Assembly: GCA_963676815.1 (NCBI GenBank)
Contig: OY781365.1
Span: 2,456,488 to 2,520,487 of the forward strand
DNA: 64,000 nt
Origin: an uncultured Draconibacterium sp.
Lineage (GTDB): Bacteria; Bacteroidota; Bacteroidia; Bacteroidales; Prolixibacteraceae
Direction of reading: 5' to 3'
Both the position numbers and the translations under genes were made by a program. The first letter of the stretch is position 1; each line of letters starts with the position of its first letter. The notes under the pieces are model-generated. The model was given only the letters and a program-made list of their open reading frames with translations, was not told the DNA's origin and made no database searches. This document shows positions 46,660 through 56,428 of the stretch, in pieces.

Positions 46660-46738
46660 AATTACCACTGCGAAGGGTAATTGATTAGACAGCACAGAGT
46701 TTTTTGAAGCCATTTGCAAAACGCAAGTGGCTTTTTTA
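46660..46738 (+). promoter_or_regulatory. Candidate attenuator/sRNA (hairpin + intrinsic terminator) upstream of pyrH
   Basis: AATTACC/GGTAATT hairpin (46660-46682); terminator AAGCCATTTGC-AAAAC-GCAAGTGGCTT plus T-run (46707-46738). Confidence 0.5.
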
Positions 46739-46902
46739 TTCCCGAAACTTAGATTTCAAAACCAGTTTTATCGATATTTCGGAGTTTAACACATCCCTAG
46801 CTTAAATCTCATCCGGTATATTTGAACCAATTAACTATCAGAGCAATTCCTGTTTTAATTATGGTTATACTATATTTGTGCATCTAAAAACAGCAAAAAA
46901 TC

Positions 46903-47613
46903 ATGGCAAAATACAAACGCATTTTATTAAAATTAAGCGGCGAGTCGCTAATGGGAGATCAACAATATGGTATCGATCAGCAACGTTTAAGTGACTACGC
47001 CGAAGAGATTGCCGAAATTGTAAAATCGGGAGTGCAGGTAGGAATTGTAATTGGAGGTGGAAATATTTTTCGCGGATTAAGCGGAGCTGCCAAAGGTTTC
47101 GATCGCGTAAAAGGCGACCAAATGGGAATGCTGGCAACAGTAATAAACAGTTTGGCATTAAATTCGGCATTGGTTAATCAGGGTATTAAATCAAAAGTGC
47201 TTACTGCAATTAGAATGGAGCCTGTTGGAGAATACTACTCGAAAGACAAAGCTGTTGAAGCCATGGAGAATGGTGAAGTTGTTATAATTTCAGGCGGAAC
47301 CGGCAATCCCTATTTTACCACCGACACAGCAAGTGCGTTACGTGGAATTGAAATTGAAGCCGAAGTAATGTTAAAAGGAACCCGTGTTGACGGCATTTAT
47401 ACGGCAGATCCTGAGAAAGATAAAACAGCAACTAAGTTTGATAAAATAAGTTTTGACGAAATCTATAATCGGAATCTCAGAATTATGGATCTCACAGCTA
47501 CAACTTTGTGTAAAGAAAACAATTTGCCTATTTATGTTTTTAATATGGATCAAAAAGGTAATTTACAGAAAGTTATGAGTGGCGAAGACCTCGGTACTTT
47601 GGTTTATATTTAA
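46903..47613 (+). CDS. pyrH: UMP kinase
   Basis: RILLKLSGE, IGGGNIFRG, GTGNPYFTTDT and DGIYTADP; -7 box TATATTTG at 46871-46878. Confidence 0.97.
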   Translation: MAKYKRILLKLSGESLMGDQQYGIDQQRLSDYAEEIAEIVKSGVQVGIVIGGGNIFRGLSGAAKGFDRVKGDQMGMLATVINSLALNSALVNQGIKSKVLTAIRMEPVGEYYSKDKAVEAMENGEVVIISGGTGNPYFTTDTASALRGIEIEAEVMLKGTRVDGIYTADPEKDKTATKFDKISFDEIYNRNLRIMDLTATTLCKENNLPIYVFNMDQKGNLQKVMSGEDLGTLVYI

Positions 47614-47654
47614 CCTTGGTTTATTTGAATTAGTAATAAATTAAATAAAAAATT

Positions 47655-47683
47655 TTTGGGAATTTATATTTTTTCTATATTTG
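47655..47683 (+). promoter_or_regulatory. Primary-sigma promoter for frr
   Basis: TTTG (47655-47658), 17 nt spacer, TATATTTG (47676-47683). Confidence 0.6.
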
Positions 47684-47719
47684 CTGACAGTCCACAGTTG
47701 GAAAGACAGTGAAATACCG

Positions 47720-48283
47720 ATGCAAGAAGAAGTAGAATTTGTTTTAGATCATTGTAAAGAGAAAATGGCAGCTGCCGTTGAACACCTTGAGAAGGAATTA
47801 GTTCACATCCGTGCAGGTAAAGCAAATCCAGCCATGTTGGATGGAGTTCATGTAGAATATTATGGTAGTCAAACGCCACTAAGTCAAGTGTCTAACATAA
47901 GTACACCTGATGCACGAACAATTGCAGTTCAACCTTGGGAGAAAAATTTGATCCCGGAAATTGAAAAAGCAATTCAAAATGCAAATTTGGGATTGAACCC
48001 GGATAATAATGGCGAGATTATTAGAATTAATATTCCTGTACTGACTGAAGAAAGACGAAGAGGTTTGGTAAAACAAGCCCATCAGGAAGGCGAAAACGCA
48101 AAAGTAAGCGTTCGCGGAGCACGAAAAGACTCGAATGATAGCCTTAAGAAACTTCAAAAAGAAGGATTGTCGGAGGATATCGAGAAAGACGCGGAAGCGG
48201 AAGTGCAAAAAATGACTGATGAATTTGGAAAGAAGATCGACGCCTTAGTGCAAGCTAAGGAAGAAGATATAATGACTATTTAA
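47720..48283 (+). CDS. frr: Ribosome recycling factor
   Basis: IRAGKANP, VEYYGS, QPWEK and P.LTEERR motifs; ATG 47720 lies downstream of the promoter. Confidence 0.96.
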   Translation: MQEEVEFVLDHCKEKMAAAVEHLEKELVHIRAGKANPAMLDGVHVEYYGSQTPLSQVSNISTPDARTIAVQPWEKNLIPEIEKAIQNANLGLNPDNNGEIIRINIPVLTEERRRGLVKQAHQEGENAKVSVRGARKDSNDSLKKLQKEGLSEDIEKDAEAEVQKMTDEFGKKIDALVQAKEEDIMTI

Positions 48284-48336
48284 TTGTTTCTAGTTTTCTG
48301 TTTTCTGAACATTGTTTAATTGTTTTCATGGCTTTG

Positions 48337-48365
48337 AGGCAGCTTGTAGAAGCTGCCTTTTTTTT
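48337..48365 (+). terminator. Intrinsic terminator after frr
   Basis: AGGCAGCTT-GTAG-AAGCTGCCT plus T-run. Confidence 0.85.
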
Positions 48366-48375
48366 GTCCTAAATT

Positions 48376-49011
48376 TTACTTCTTTCTGAAGTAATAACTT
48401 TTCCGCTCTTCTTTAATGTCAAATGTAAACACCTCTGATGGTGCAGAATGGAATACTGATAGTAGCCCGATATCGCCGGCACAGAACAAACTGTGTATAC
48501 TCATAATTAATGCGAATGCATATACTGCATCATGGCGAAAGAAAATGGCAACTCCGCAAAGCGTAATTATCTTAACCAAAACCAAAGGAGCCAGTGCTAT
48601 TAAGGTAAATTGTTTGCGATTTAAAACGTAACGATCAGCTTCTGCATAAAACATGAATTTTTTCAAATAGGCTCCAAAATTTAGGCTCGGAGCACCGGTT
48701 AATTTAATAACAATTCCATGAATAAGTTCATGAATAATGATGAGTGCAGAAAGGCAAAAAACAATTGCTCCAAGGCTGTACCAAAGTGGTTGACATTCTT
48801 CGTTAAAACAATAAATAATTGCGCGTGTCAATACAAAGAGTCCTGTAATAACCATAACAAGTTGGTAGATCATGTATGCTTTTACCAGCCAACCACCTTT
48901 TTCAAGTTGCGATAGTACGAATGATTTTATTTCAGTGTGATTTGGTGCTGCAACGAGCTCATAGTTTTCGCTGTTTTGTAACTCCTCAATTGATGGATTA
49001 ATCCTATTCAT
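48376..49011 (-). CDS. DUF3267-like membrane protein (putative HExxH metalloprotease)
   Basis: IIHELIHG motif, ALAP and GDI motifs, several hydrophobic helices; overlaps the flippase stop codon. Confidence 0.75.
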   Translation of the reverse strand: MNRINPSIEELQNSENYELVAAPNHTEIKSFVLSQLEKGGWLVKAYMIYQLVMVITGLFVLTRAIIYCFNEECQPLWYSLGAIVFCLSALIIIHELIHGIVIKLTGAPSLNFGAYLKKFMFYAEADRYVLNRKQFTLIALAPLVLVKIITLCGVAIFFRHDAVYAFALIMSIHSLFCAGDIGLLSVFHSAPSEVFTFDIKEERKSYYFRKK

Positions 49012-50446
49012 AACGAATGATCTGATAGAGATCTTTTAAGTTAAACAGCCGGATTAGTATGGCAACAATAACAGCCCCGGCTATCATTGCAATATAACCA
49101 TAAAACCATTGTCCTATTTGTTTTGATAAAAGCCCTAAAAGAACTACGCTTGCTACAAACACAGCCAGTCGGATTAGATAGGAAAGCTGAGGTTTAAGTT
49201 TGAAAATATAGAGCGCGAGTATAAGTTGAGTAAATCCGGCAAATAGCTGGGTAGACAAACTTGCAAAGGCAGAACCAAAAGCCATATAACGTGGAATTAA
49301 TAGAAGGTTCAGAAGAACATTCAGCACCATCCCGCAAAAGGCCATTATGTTTAGTTGTTTCATGCTGCCGTTTGCAGTTAGTAGAGTTCCGAATATGTAG
49401 GTGGTTGCAATGCCTATAAATCCGGTCATTAATATGCCCAATATTCCCGACGAATGCTCGATGTTGGAAGTGTATAATACTCCCATTATTTCTTTATTGT
49501 AAAATAAGCTTGAAACAGCAATTATTATTGCAGGAACAATTAATAAAGTGTACGAAAGTTTTACCATTGAACCAACCTTTTCTTTTTGCTTTATCATTTT
49601 AGCAAAAATCGGAAGTAGTAAACCTGCAAATAAAACCCCAAACATTGATACGGCGTCGAGCAAACGGAAAGCTTTGGCATAAATCCCGGCTTGTTCTTTA
49701 CCAACCGGATCAGGTAGAAGGCGCTCAAGCATTACCGAATCAATACGATTATAAAACGACATAAGTAAAATAAGCAACGCGTAAGGATACGATTTGCGGA
49801 GAAAGACCCAAAAAAATGAAAAATTGAAACGAATTTTTATACTGCCTGATTCTTTTAAAACAATGGCAAAAGTAATGAGAGTTGTTAATGCATACGAAAT
49901 GGTTTGGGCGTAAATAAACCACTCAATAGTAAACTGTATAGGAATAACATTGGTAAACAGTAAAAGGCTGCAAATAGCGATCATGAAGCTACGGTCGAGT
50001 ACTGAAATTACACTGTCGGTACGAAATAAATGTAGCGCACTTATATTCGATCTTAAATACAAGGTAAACGAAATAAGAAACTGATTGAGAATAAGGAAAA
50101 ACAATAAATGAAACTGAATTTTACTATACCCTATAATTGCCGCAACGATCAAGCTAAAAACGGCATAAACAATAGCCAGCACAAACTTAAGACCGACAAT
50201 GTTTGACAAGTGTTTGGGCAAAAGAAAGTTGTGTTGAGCAATATTGCGGTTGTTGAAATTTGTAATGCCAACATCAAGCAAAATATTCAAAAGCATCGAG
50301 AAATTAAACAAGGCAAAATACATCCCAAAACTTTCGTCGCCAACTGTATTTTGTACAGTTCGGTCGATGCCAAATAACCAAAAAGGCTTAATTAAAAGAT
50401 TAAGGAAAAGTAGTAATATAAGATTGGTTACAAATTTACGTTTCAA
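49004..50446 (-). CDS. Oligosaccharide flippase (Wzx-like polysaccharide biosynthesis protein)
   Basis: About 12-14 hydrophobic segments; YNRIDSVMLE and QAGIYAKAFRLLD motifs. Confidence 0.88.
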   Translation of the reverse strand: MKRKFVTNLILLLFLNLLIKPFWLFGIDRTVQNTVGDESFGMYFALFNFSMLLNILLDVGITNFNNRNIAQHNFLLPKHLSNIVGLKFVLAIVYAVFSLIVAAIIGYSKIQFHLLFFLILNQFLISFTLYLRSNISALHLFRTDSVISVLDRSFMIAICSLLLFTNVIPIQFTIEWFIYAQTISYALTTLITFAIVLKESGSIKIRFNFSFFWVFLRKSYPYALLILLMSFYNRIDSVMLERLLPDPVGKEQAGIYAKAFRLLDAVSMFGVLFAGLLLPIFAKMIKQKEKVGSMVKLSYTLLIVPAIIIAVSSLFYNKEIMGVLYTSNIEHSSGILGILMTGFIGIATTYIFGTLLTANGSMKQLNIMAFCGMVLNVLLNLLLIPRYMAFGSAFASLSTQLFAGFTQLILALYIFKLKPQLSYLIRLAVFVASVVLLGLLSKQIGQWFYGYIAMIAGAVIVAILIRLFNLKDLYQIIRYE

Positions 50447-50543
50447 AACACCATGCTTCTTGTATTGTACCTAGAATTTGAACGCTTAAAAGTAACAAAT
50501 ATTTGAACAGACTTTGTACATTTACGAAAAATCGACAGCACTT

Positions 50544-51668
50544 ATGGTTATTGCCGTAAATACTCGTTTGTTATTAAAAGGAAAGCTTGAAGGAATTGGT
50601 TGGTTTACGTATGAAACGTTAAAACGAATGACGATCAATCATCCGGAGCACGAGTTTATTTTTATATTCGACAGGCCTTTTAGCAAGGATTATATTTTTG
50701 CAGAAAACGTAACCCCCGTGGTGGTTGGGCCGCCAACACGTCATCCGGTTTTGTGGTATTTGTGGTTTGAGTATCAGATTCCGAAAATTCTGAAAAAATA
50801 CAAAGCAAACCTCTTTCTGTCGCCTGATGGTTACCTGTCGAGGCGTACGAAAGTGCCGCAGTTGGGCGTAATTCACGACATTAACTTTGTACACCGCCCC
50901 GATGATTTACCTTGGTTAAAAGCAAAATATTACAATTATTATTTCCCTAAGTTTGCGAGGTTGGCCAAACGTATTGCCACAGTTTCGTTTTACTCAAAAG
51001 AAGATATTACCCGCTCGTTCAAGGTTGATTACGATAAAATTGATGTGGTTTACGATGGAATCAATCAGATTTTTGAACCGATTTCCGATGAGGATAAAAA
51101 GAAGGTTCGGTCAATGTTTACAAACGGAGCAGAGTACTTTTTATTTGTGGGAGCGTTGCATCCCCGAAAAAATGTATGTGGTTTGTTAAAAGCTTTCGAT
51201 GCCTTTAAAAGTGTGGTAAACGATACAACAAAACTGGTAATTGTTGGTGGAGAGATGCATAAGACGGGGCCAATTTTCGAGACCTACGAAAACATGCGGC
51301 ATAAGGAAGATGTGGTTTTTACAGGACGGGTACCTACTGCTGATTTACACGATATTTTTGGGGCTGCAATGGCGCTTACGTTTGTTCCTTTTTTCGAAGG
51401 TTTTGGAATCCCGATTGTGGAGGCGATGAGTGCCGGAATACCTGTAATATGCTCAAATACAACATCAATACCCGAAGTTGGTGGAAATGCAGTGTTATAC
51501 GCCGATCCGGTAAAAATTGATCAGATTACCGACGCAATGCTGGAATTACACAAAAACACCGATTTGCGAAATACCCTGGTGGAAAAAGGGTTTGTTCAGA
51601 AAAATAAATTCAGCTGGGACGAAACAGCACGTTTGCTCTGGATGAGCGTTGAGAAATCGCTCCAGTGA
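50544..51668 (+). CDS. GT4 family glycosyltransferase
   Basis: IAVNTRLL..LEGIG, FVGALHPRKN and FEGFGIPIVEAM motifs; ATG 50544 preferred. Confidence 0.9.
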   Translation: MVIAVNTRLLLKGKLEGIGWFTYETLKRMTINHPEHEFIFIFDRPFSKDYIFAENVTPVVVGPPTRHPVLWYLWFEYQIPKILKKYKANLFLSPDGYLSRRTKVPQLGVIHDINFVHRPDDLPWLKAKYYNYYFPKFARLAKRIATVSFYSKEDITRSFKVDYDKIDVVYDGINQIFEPISDEDKKKVRSMFTNGAEYFLFVGALHPRKNVCGLLKAFDAFKSVVNDTTKLVIVGGEMHKTGPIFETYENMRHKEDVVFTGRVPTADLHDIFGAAMALTFVPFFEGFGIPIVEAMSAGIPVICSNTTSIPEVGGNAVLYADPVKIDQITDAMLELHKNTDLRNTLVEKGFVQKNKFSWDETARLLWMSVEKSLQ

Positions 51669-51730
51669 GCAGTTTATAGTCACAGTCCTTATTTTTACAA
51701 TTCAGCAATTTCACAATTTGGCCGTTTTAT

Positions 51731-52342
51731 ATGAATAAACAAAAACTACTTTCCTTTTATAACGAAAATACAATTGAAGCAGGTTGCGACGAGGCCGGCA
51801 GAGGTTGCCTGGCCGGACCGGTTTTTGCCGCTGCAGTAATTCTTCCGGCCAACTTTGAGAATGAACTGCTGAACGATTCGAAAAAACTGACAGAAAAACA
51901 ACGTTACCGCTTGCGTCCGCTGGTTGAGGAGCAAGCACTGGCATGGGCTGTGGTAGCTGTTGATAATAAAGAAATAGATGAGGTAAATATTCTGAATGCT
52001 TCGTTTTTAGCCATGAACCGGGCAGTTGAGAAATTGAACATTAAACCCGAACACTTGCTGATTGACGGAAACCGTTTCAGAACAAAAGGAAAAATACCGT
52101 ACACCTGCATGATTAAAGGCGACGGACGATTTTATTCCATTGCTGCGGCATCAATTTTAGCCAAAACCTATCGCGACGATTATATGGCAGCAATTCATCA
52201 GGAGTTTCCACATTACGACTGGGACAAAAACAAAGGTTATCCAACAAAAAAACACCGGGCCGCAATTAAGGAATTCGGACCAACAAAATATCATCGTATG
52301 ACGTTTCGCTTGCTGGATGAACAACTTGCGCTTGAATTTTAA
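51731..52342 (+). CDS. rnhB: Ribonuclease HII
   Basis: [22 protein letters not shown] and [10 protein letters not shown] motifs. Confidence 0.96.
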   Translation: MNKQKLLSFYNENTIEAGCDEAGRGCLAGPVFAAAVILPANFENELLNDSKKLTEKQRYRLRPLVEEQALAWAVVAVDNKEIDEVNILNASFLAMNRAVEKLNIKPEHLLIDGNRFRTKGKIPYTCMIKGDGRFYSIAAASILAKTYRDDYMAAIHQEFPHYDWDKNKGYPTKKHRAAIKEFGPTKYHRMTFRLLDEQLALEF

Positions 52343-52549
52343 ATACTCGGGATAAATAGTATTACGTAACGTGTAATTGTTAACCACAGGGAGTGATGCA
52401 ATGTTCTCAGCACATTCCTTGCCCAACTCAAAAGTGAAGCTTCGTAGTCGGTACCTTCGTTAAAAAAAATGGTAAACGGGATTTTTTTCAATGGCCAGGC
52501 AACGTTTTTGGTTTATCGTGCATTTTATAGTTGAAAGCAAACAAATTAA

Positions 52550-53089
52550 GTGCAACTCGAAAAAGTAATTCATAAAGTAAAAAAGGGCGACCGGCGCGCT
52601 CAAAAGCTGCTGTTCGATAAATATGTCGATAGGCTGTTTGCAGTTGCACGGCGTTATGCAGCAAATGATGATTTGGCAGAGGAGTCACTTTTTCAGGCTT
52701 TTATGAAAATATATACCAAGTTGCCTGATTTCAAATACATTAACGAACCGGCATTGGTCGGGTGGCTGTCCCGAATTGTAATTAACCAAACGCTGATGGA
52801 CAGAAGAAAAGAATTGAGTACGCTTTACAAGGTAGAAACGCTGGATGATGAACGACATGAAACAAGTTGGATTGAGGAGACCGATGACGGAGCACTGATT
52901 GACCTGGTAAATGAATTGCCGGATGGATACCGAACCGTGTTTTTAATGAATGCTGTTGATGGATATGCACATAAAGAGATTGCCGAAGTTTTGGGAATAT
53001 CTGAAAGCACCTCGCGATCGCAGTTTTTTAAAGCACGCAAATTTTTACAAAAAAAACTCGCACAGGATTATGGACAAGCTGGAACATAA
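52550..53089 (+). CDS. ECF RNA polymerase sigma factor
   Basis: AQKLLFDKY region 2; LPDGYRTVF...GYAHKEIAEVLGISESTSRSQ region 4. Confidence 0.92.
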   Translation: MQLEKVIHKVKKGDRRAQKLLFDKYVDRLFAVARRYAANDDLAEESLFQAFMKIYTKLPDFKYINEPALVGWLSRIVINQTLMDRRKELSTLYKVETLDDERHETSWIEETDDGALIDLVNELPDGYRTVFLMNAVDGYAHKEIAEVLGISESTSRSQFFKARKFLQKKLAQDYGQAGT

Positions 53090-53744
53090 AATAAAAAAGG
53101 CATTTGACAAAAAAGACAGCGAGAGTTCTTTTTCAGGAAAAGAAGCGATGTGGAACCGGCTGGATGCCAATTTACATGAACGAAAAGGAGTGGCTGCATT
53201 TTGGCGCATAGCAGCAGTTTTTCTGGGACTCTTGCTTACGTTGGGAGTGCTTGCCTCGATAAATAACAGGGCAAAACAACGCATTGAAATAGAACGTGCA
53301 AACAATAAAATTGAGCGTTTGCAAGCTGTTGTCGATTCGATGCTTATAGTTCCTCCCGTTGTAAAAACAGAAGTGCAACTTGTGGAAAAAGAGAAGGTTG
53401 TTTACCGCGACAGAATAGTAGAAAGAAGTGCTCCGGCCAATTCTGTTCAGGCTCCATCTCAGCAAATAAAAGACTCGATACAAATGCTGCAAAATACAAA
53501 TGCTGCGTTTATGGCCGAAATTCAAGAATTAAATGAAGAATTGATTGCATTAAAAAGCCGGTTGGCATCTGAAAATACCGAGTCTTCTGAATCCGTTAAT
53601 CCGTTTGAGTTAAAAAGCGATCGGGTGGAGCTGGGTGTTCAGAAAAAGCCTTCGGTTAAAACGCCCGATTTGGAAATGAAAGTGTTCGAGAAAAATTTTA
53701 TCGAGAACAGAAACAACCTGAACAGTACAATATTCAAAAAATGA
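53070..53744 (+). CDS. Putative anti-sigma/membrane-anchored coiled-coil protein
   Basis: ATG 53070 overlaps the sigma gene's end; W..I-type N-terminus (MWNRLDA), a single TM (FWRIAAVFLGLLL) and a coiled coil. Confidence 0.65.
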   Translation: MDKLEHKIKKAFDKKDSESSFSGKEAMWNRLDANLHERKGVAAFWRIAAVFLGLLLTLGVLASINNRAKQRIEIERANNKIERLQAVVDSMLIVPPVVKTEVQLVEKEKVVYRDRIVERSAPANSVQAPSQQIKDSIQMLQNTNAAFMAEIQELNEELIALKSRLASENTESSESVNPFELKSDRVELGVQKKPSVKTPDLEMKVFEKNFIENRNNLNSTIFKK

Positions 53745-53758
53745 TAAACAGTTAAGTC

Positions 53759-54787
53759 ATGAAAACAATTATTTCAATTTTACTTTTTTTAAGCCTGGCC
53801 CTTTCAACCTCGGCCATGGATGGTTACTTTAAAGCCGACACCGTTTGGTACAAATTTGATAATATGCTGGTTGAGGTTGCCAGCACTAATGCCCTGAATA
53901 AAACACCGCATAAAATGGCGATGCAGGGCAGGATTGAGCAAATTCAAAAAGTGCTTGCGGAAATGACTATTCTTTCTCCGGCTGATGATGAACGCATTAC
54001 GATTTCGTACCGCGACCAGGGTGAAGATATGTGGGTTTGGAACTTTAAAGAAATTGAATTGTCGCGCACGAAAAGAGACAACAAAAGCCTTGTTGTTTTT
54101 GATGATGGCGCCACCTTCGAAAAAGATTTTGGCCGTTACTGCATTTATTTTTCATACCGGGCAATGGAAATGAAAATTTTTGTTGACGATTTGGAGGATC
54201 TCAACTTTTTTCTGTCGGAGGAATTTGAAACGAAAGCACAGCAAAGCGAAGTTTTTTTGAAAAAAGAATTTGGCGAAAACTACAAGAAAGGTATTCTTGC
54301 CTGGCTTGATTTGCGCGGAACCGATGTGAAGGAGTATTATCAGAATAATGTAAAAAATGGATTGGATATGCTCATTATTTCAGGAGGAATTGGTTCGGGC
54401 TGGGTTAAAAACAGGTTTGTTTCCGATATTAATTTCAGACTGGGTGTATCATTTAGCAAGAAAGGTGTATTTAGAAATTTGTATGCTATTGATTACAATA
54501 TGATGTATGATTTTACTAATTCGGATAACGATAATTTTTTCGAGTTAAATCATTTTGTTTCGCTTGCCTGGGAGCATAATTTTTCAGATGTTACCGGCAG
54601 TGATAAATGGTATGGATTTTCGGTGGGTTACCTGGTAAAACGCAATAACGACTTTTTTAAGGAGAATACTTTTAAAGTGGCGGTGAACAAAAAGATTAAC
54701 AACACATTTACGATTAAACCTGAACTTTATTTCAACGACTTTTTTAAAAATGTACATCCGGGAGTTCGTCTGTCGGTTGCATTTTAA
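53759..54787 (+). CDS. Exported protein, probable outer-membrane beta-barrel C-terminus
   Basis: Signal peptide; alternating hydrophobic strands; ends VRLSVAF. Confidence 0.7.
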   Translation: MKTIISILLFLSLALSTSAMDGYFKADTVWYKFDNMLVEVASTNALNKTPHKMAMQGRIEQIQKVLAEMTILSPADDERITISYRDQGEDMWVWNFKEIELSRTKRDNKSLVVFDDGATFEKDFGRYCIYFSYRAMEMKIFVDDLEDLNFFLSEEFETKAQQSEVFLKKEFGENYKKGILAWLDLRGTDVKEYYQNNVKNGLDMLIISGGIGSGWVKNRFVSDINFRLGVSFSKKGVFRNLYAIDYNMMYDFTNSDNDNFFELNHFVSLAWEHNFSDVTGSDKWYGFSVGYLVKRNNDFFKENTFKVAVNKKINNTFTIKPELYFNDFFKNVHPGVRLSVAF

Positions 54788-54810
54788 AAAACAAAAAACA
54801 ATTCAAGCCG

Positions 54811-54848
54811 GTGATAGTATGACTTCAGGTCATGCTATCACTTTTTTA
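54811..54848. terminator. Hairpin between convergent genes
   Basis: GTGATAGTATGAC-TTCAG-GTCATGCTATCAC plus T-run; overlaps the psd stop codon. Confidence 0.7.
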
Positions 54849-55806
54849 CCATGGAAGCAATATTCTCGCCCATGCTAATTGTGGTTTCCATGCCTTTTTT
54901 TGTGTTTTCTACCAGGTCTGTATCAAACGTAATTTTGCCTTCTTCAAACAGCAAAACCAGTGTGGAGCCTCCAAAAGCAAAGTAGCCTTTTTCTTCTCCT
55001 TTTTCCACATTTGCACCAGCCTCATAGGTTTGAATAATACTACCAACCATGGTAGCACCAACATCTACAATAATAATATCGCCATAATCTTCAGTCGCGA
55101 GAGTGCAGTGCTCACGTTTATTTTCGCAGAAGATTTGCAGACTTTTTTGCAAGGCCAGTGGCGAAACTGAATAGTAGTGCCCTTTTATTTTGGTCGATTC
55201 GGAAGCTACTCCCGATACCGGGAAATGATAACGGTGATAATCGGGCGGAGCAAGCCGAATAATAGCCATGGCTCCGTTATTATATTTAGAGGCCAGTTTT
55301 TCGTTTTGTAGAAATTCAGCAAGTGTAAATTCCGTTCCTTTTACAAAAAAACGATTAACATCTGCTAATGTTTGGAAAACCAGGATTTTTCCATCGGCAG
55401 GAGAAACTAATCGTTCTCCGATTTTCCGTGCATTGGGTTTTAATTTCCGATAAAAAAAATCGTTGAAAGATGTGAATTTTGACAGGTCTTCAATTTCAAA
55501 CTCTTTTTTATCAATCTGGTGTTCGCTAACAAATTCGTCTATTCGTCGCGATGAAACCCCGGTGTTCATATACCAACCGCCAACCGCCGAAACAATTTTG
55601 CGTTTAAACAACAAGCTAAGGGCAGCTTTGCCGGTGGTTGAGGTATACAACCATTTCAGCATTCCTTCGCTGGGAACATTCTCTGTTTTTATTTCCCCAC
55701 TTGCTCTTTCAATGTATTTTATAGTTTCCATTTTGTTATCCGGATCAGCTTCCTGCTGGCAGGAAATAATAGCCAAAAGAAACAGAGCCAAACTTATATA
55801 TTTCAT
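54838..55806 (-). CDS. psd: Phosphatidylserine decarboxylase proenzyme with an apparent lipoprotein signal
   Basis: FNDFFYRKLK, SPADG, RLAPPDYHRYHFP, VGATMVGSI and GYFAFGGST (autocleavage site) motifs. Confidence 0.92.
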   Translation of the reverse strand: MKYISLALFLLAIISCQQEADPDNKMETIKYIERASGEIKTENVPSEGMLKWLYTSTTGKAALSLLFKRKIVSAVGGWYMNTGVSSRRIDEFVSEHQIDKKEFEIEDLSKFTSFNDFFYRKLKPNARKIGERLVSPADGKILVFQTLADVNRFFVKGTEFTLAEFLQNEKLASKYNNGAMAIIRLAPPDYHRYHFPVSGVASESTKIKGHYYSVSPLALQKSLQIFCENKREHCTLATEDYGDIIIVDVGATMVGSIIQTYEAGANVEKGEEKGYFAFGGSTLVLLFEEGKITFDTDLVENTKKGMETTISMGENIASMVKK

Positions 55807-55811
55807 AAACG

Positions 55812-56273
55812 TTATTCCGGTTTATAGCCCACGTCGTCCAATAAATGTGGCTGCATCGATGCTTCAACTGCCAGCTCGTCGCAACGTTCATTAAGTGGGT
55901 TATTGGCGTGGCCTTTTACCCAAACAAACTTAACCACGTGCTTTTTATAGATTTCAAGAAAGCGCATCCAAAGATCGGCATTTTTTTTGCCTTTAAAACG
56001 TTTCTTCACCCAGTTAAAAACCCAGCCTTTTTCAACCGCATCGGCAACGTATTTCGAGTCGGTGTAAATGGTAACGTCACTGCCTTCAATCTTTAGCGAT
56101 TCCAAAGCAACAATTACCGCCAACAACTCCATCCGGTTGTTGGTAGTTAGTTTATATCCTTCCGAGAGTTCTTTGCGGTGAGGTCCGGAAAGCATCACAA
56201 TTCCGTATCCTCCGTTTCCCGGATTTCCGCGGGCTGCACCATCGGTGTATATCGTAATTTTTGGTCGAGCCAT
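55812..56273 (-). CDS. rnhA: Ribonuclease HI
   Basis: IYTDGAARGNPG, TTNNRMEL, TDSKY, WVKGH and NERCDELA; ATG 56273 preferred. Confidence 0.96.
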   Translation of the reverse strand: MARPKITIYTDGAARGNPGNGGYGIVMLSGPHRKELSEGYKLTTNNRMELLAVIVALESLKIEGSDVTIYTDSKYVADAVEKGWVFNWVKKRFKGKKNADLWMRFLEIYKKHVVKFVWVKGHANNPLNERCDELAVEASMQPHLLDDVGYKPE

Positions 56274-56377
56274 TTTTGTTTTTCTATTTATATGCAAAAT
56301 AGGGTGTATTATTCTAAATACGCAAACATTGTTGTTGATTCGGTGATGAGTTAGCACTAATATTGATTGCTGAAAAC

Positions 56378-56407
56378 AAAAAACCCCGCCAGAATTGACG
56401 AGGTTTT
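56378..56407 (-). terminator. Intrinsic terminator after dpp7
   Basis: Minus strand AAAACCTCGTCA-ATTC-TGGCGGGGTTTTTT. Confidence 0.75.
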
Positions 56408-56428
56408 CGTTGAATATCTTGAATTCGC

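Noticed and set aside
52343-52549. tRNA, SRP or 6S-like RNA between rnhB and the ECF sigma gene
   Set aside because: Only an imperfect stem near 52388-52424; no cloverleaf, SRP core motif or terminator. TACCTTCG at about 52452 is more simply a promoter variant.
51731-56273. Proximity of rnhB and rnhA as a functional module
   Set aside because: They are on opposite strands and separated by unrelated genes; both are ordinary housekeeping genes.
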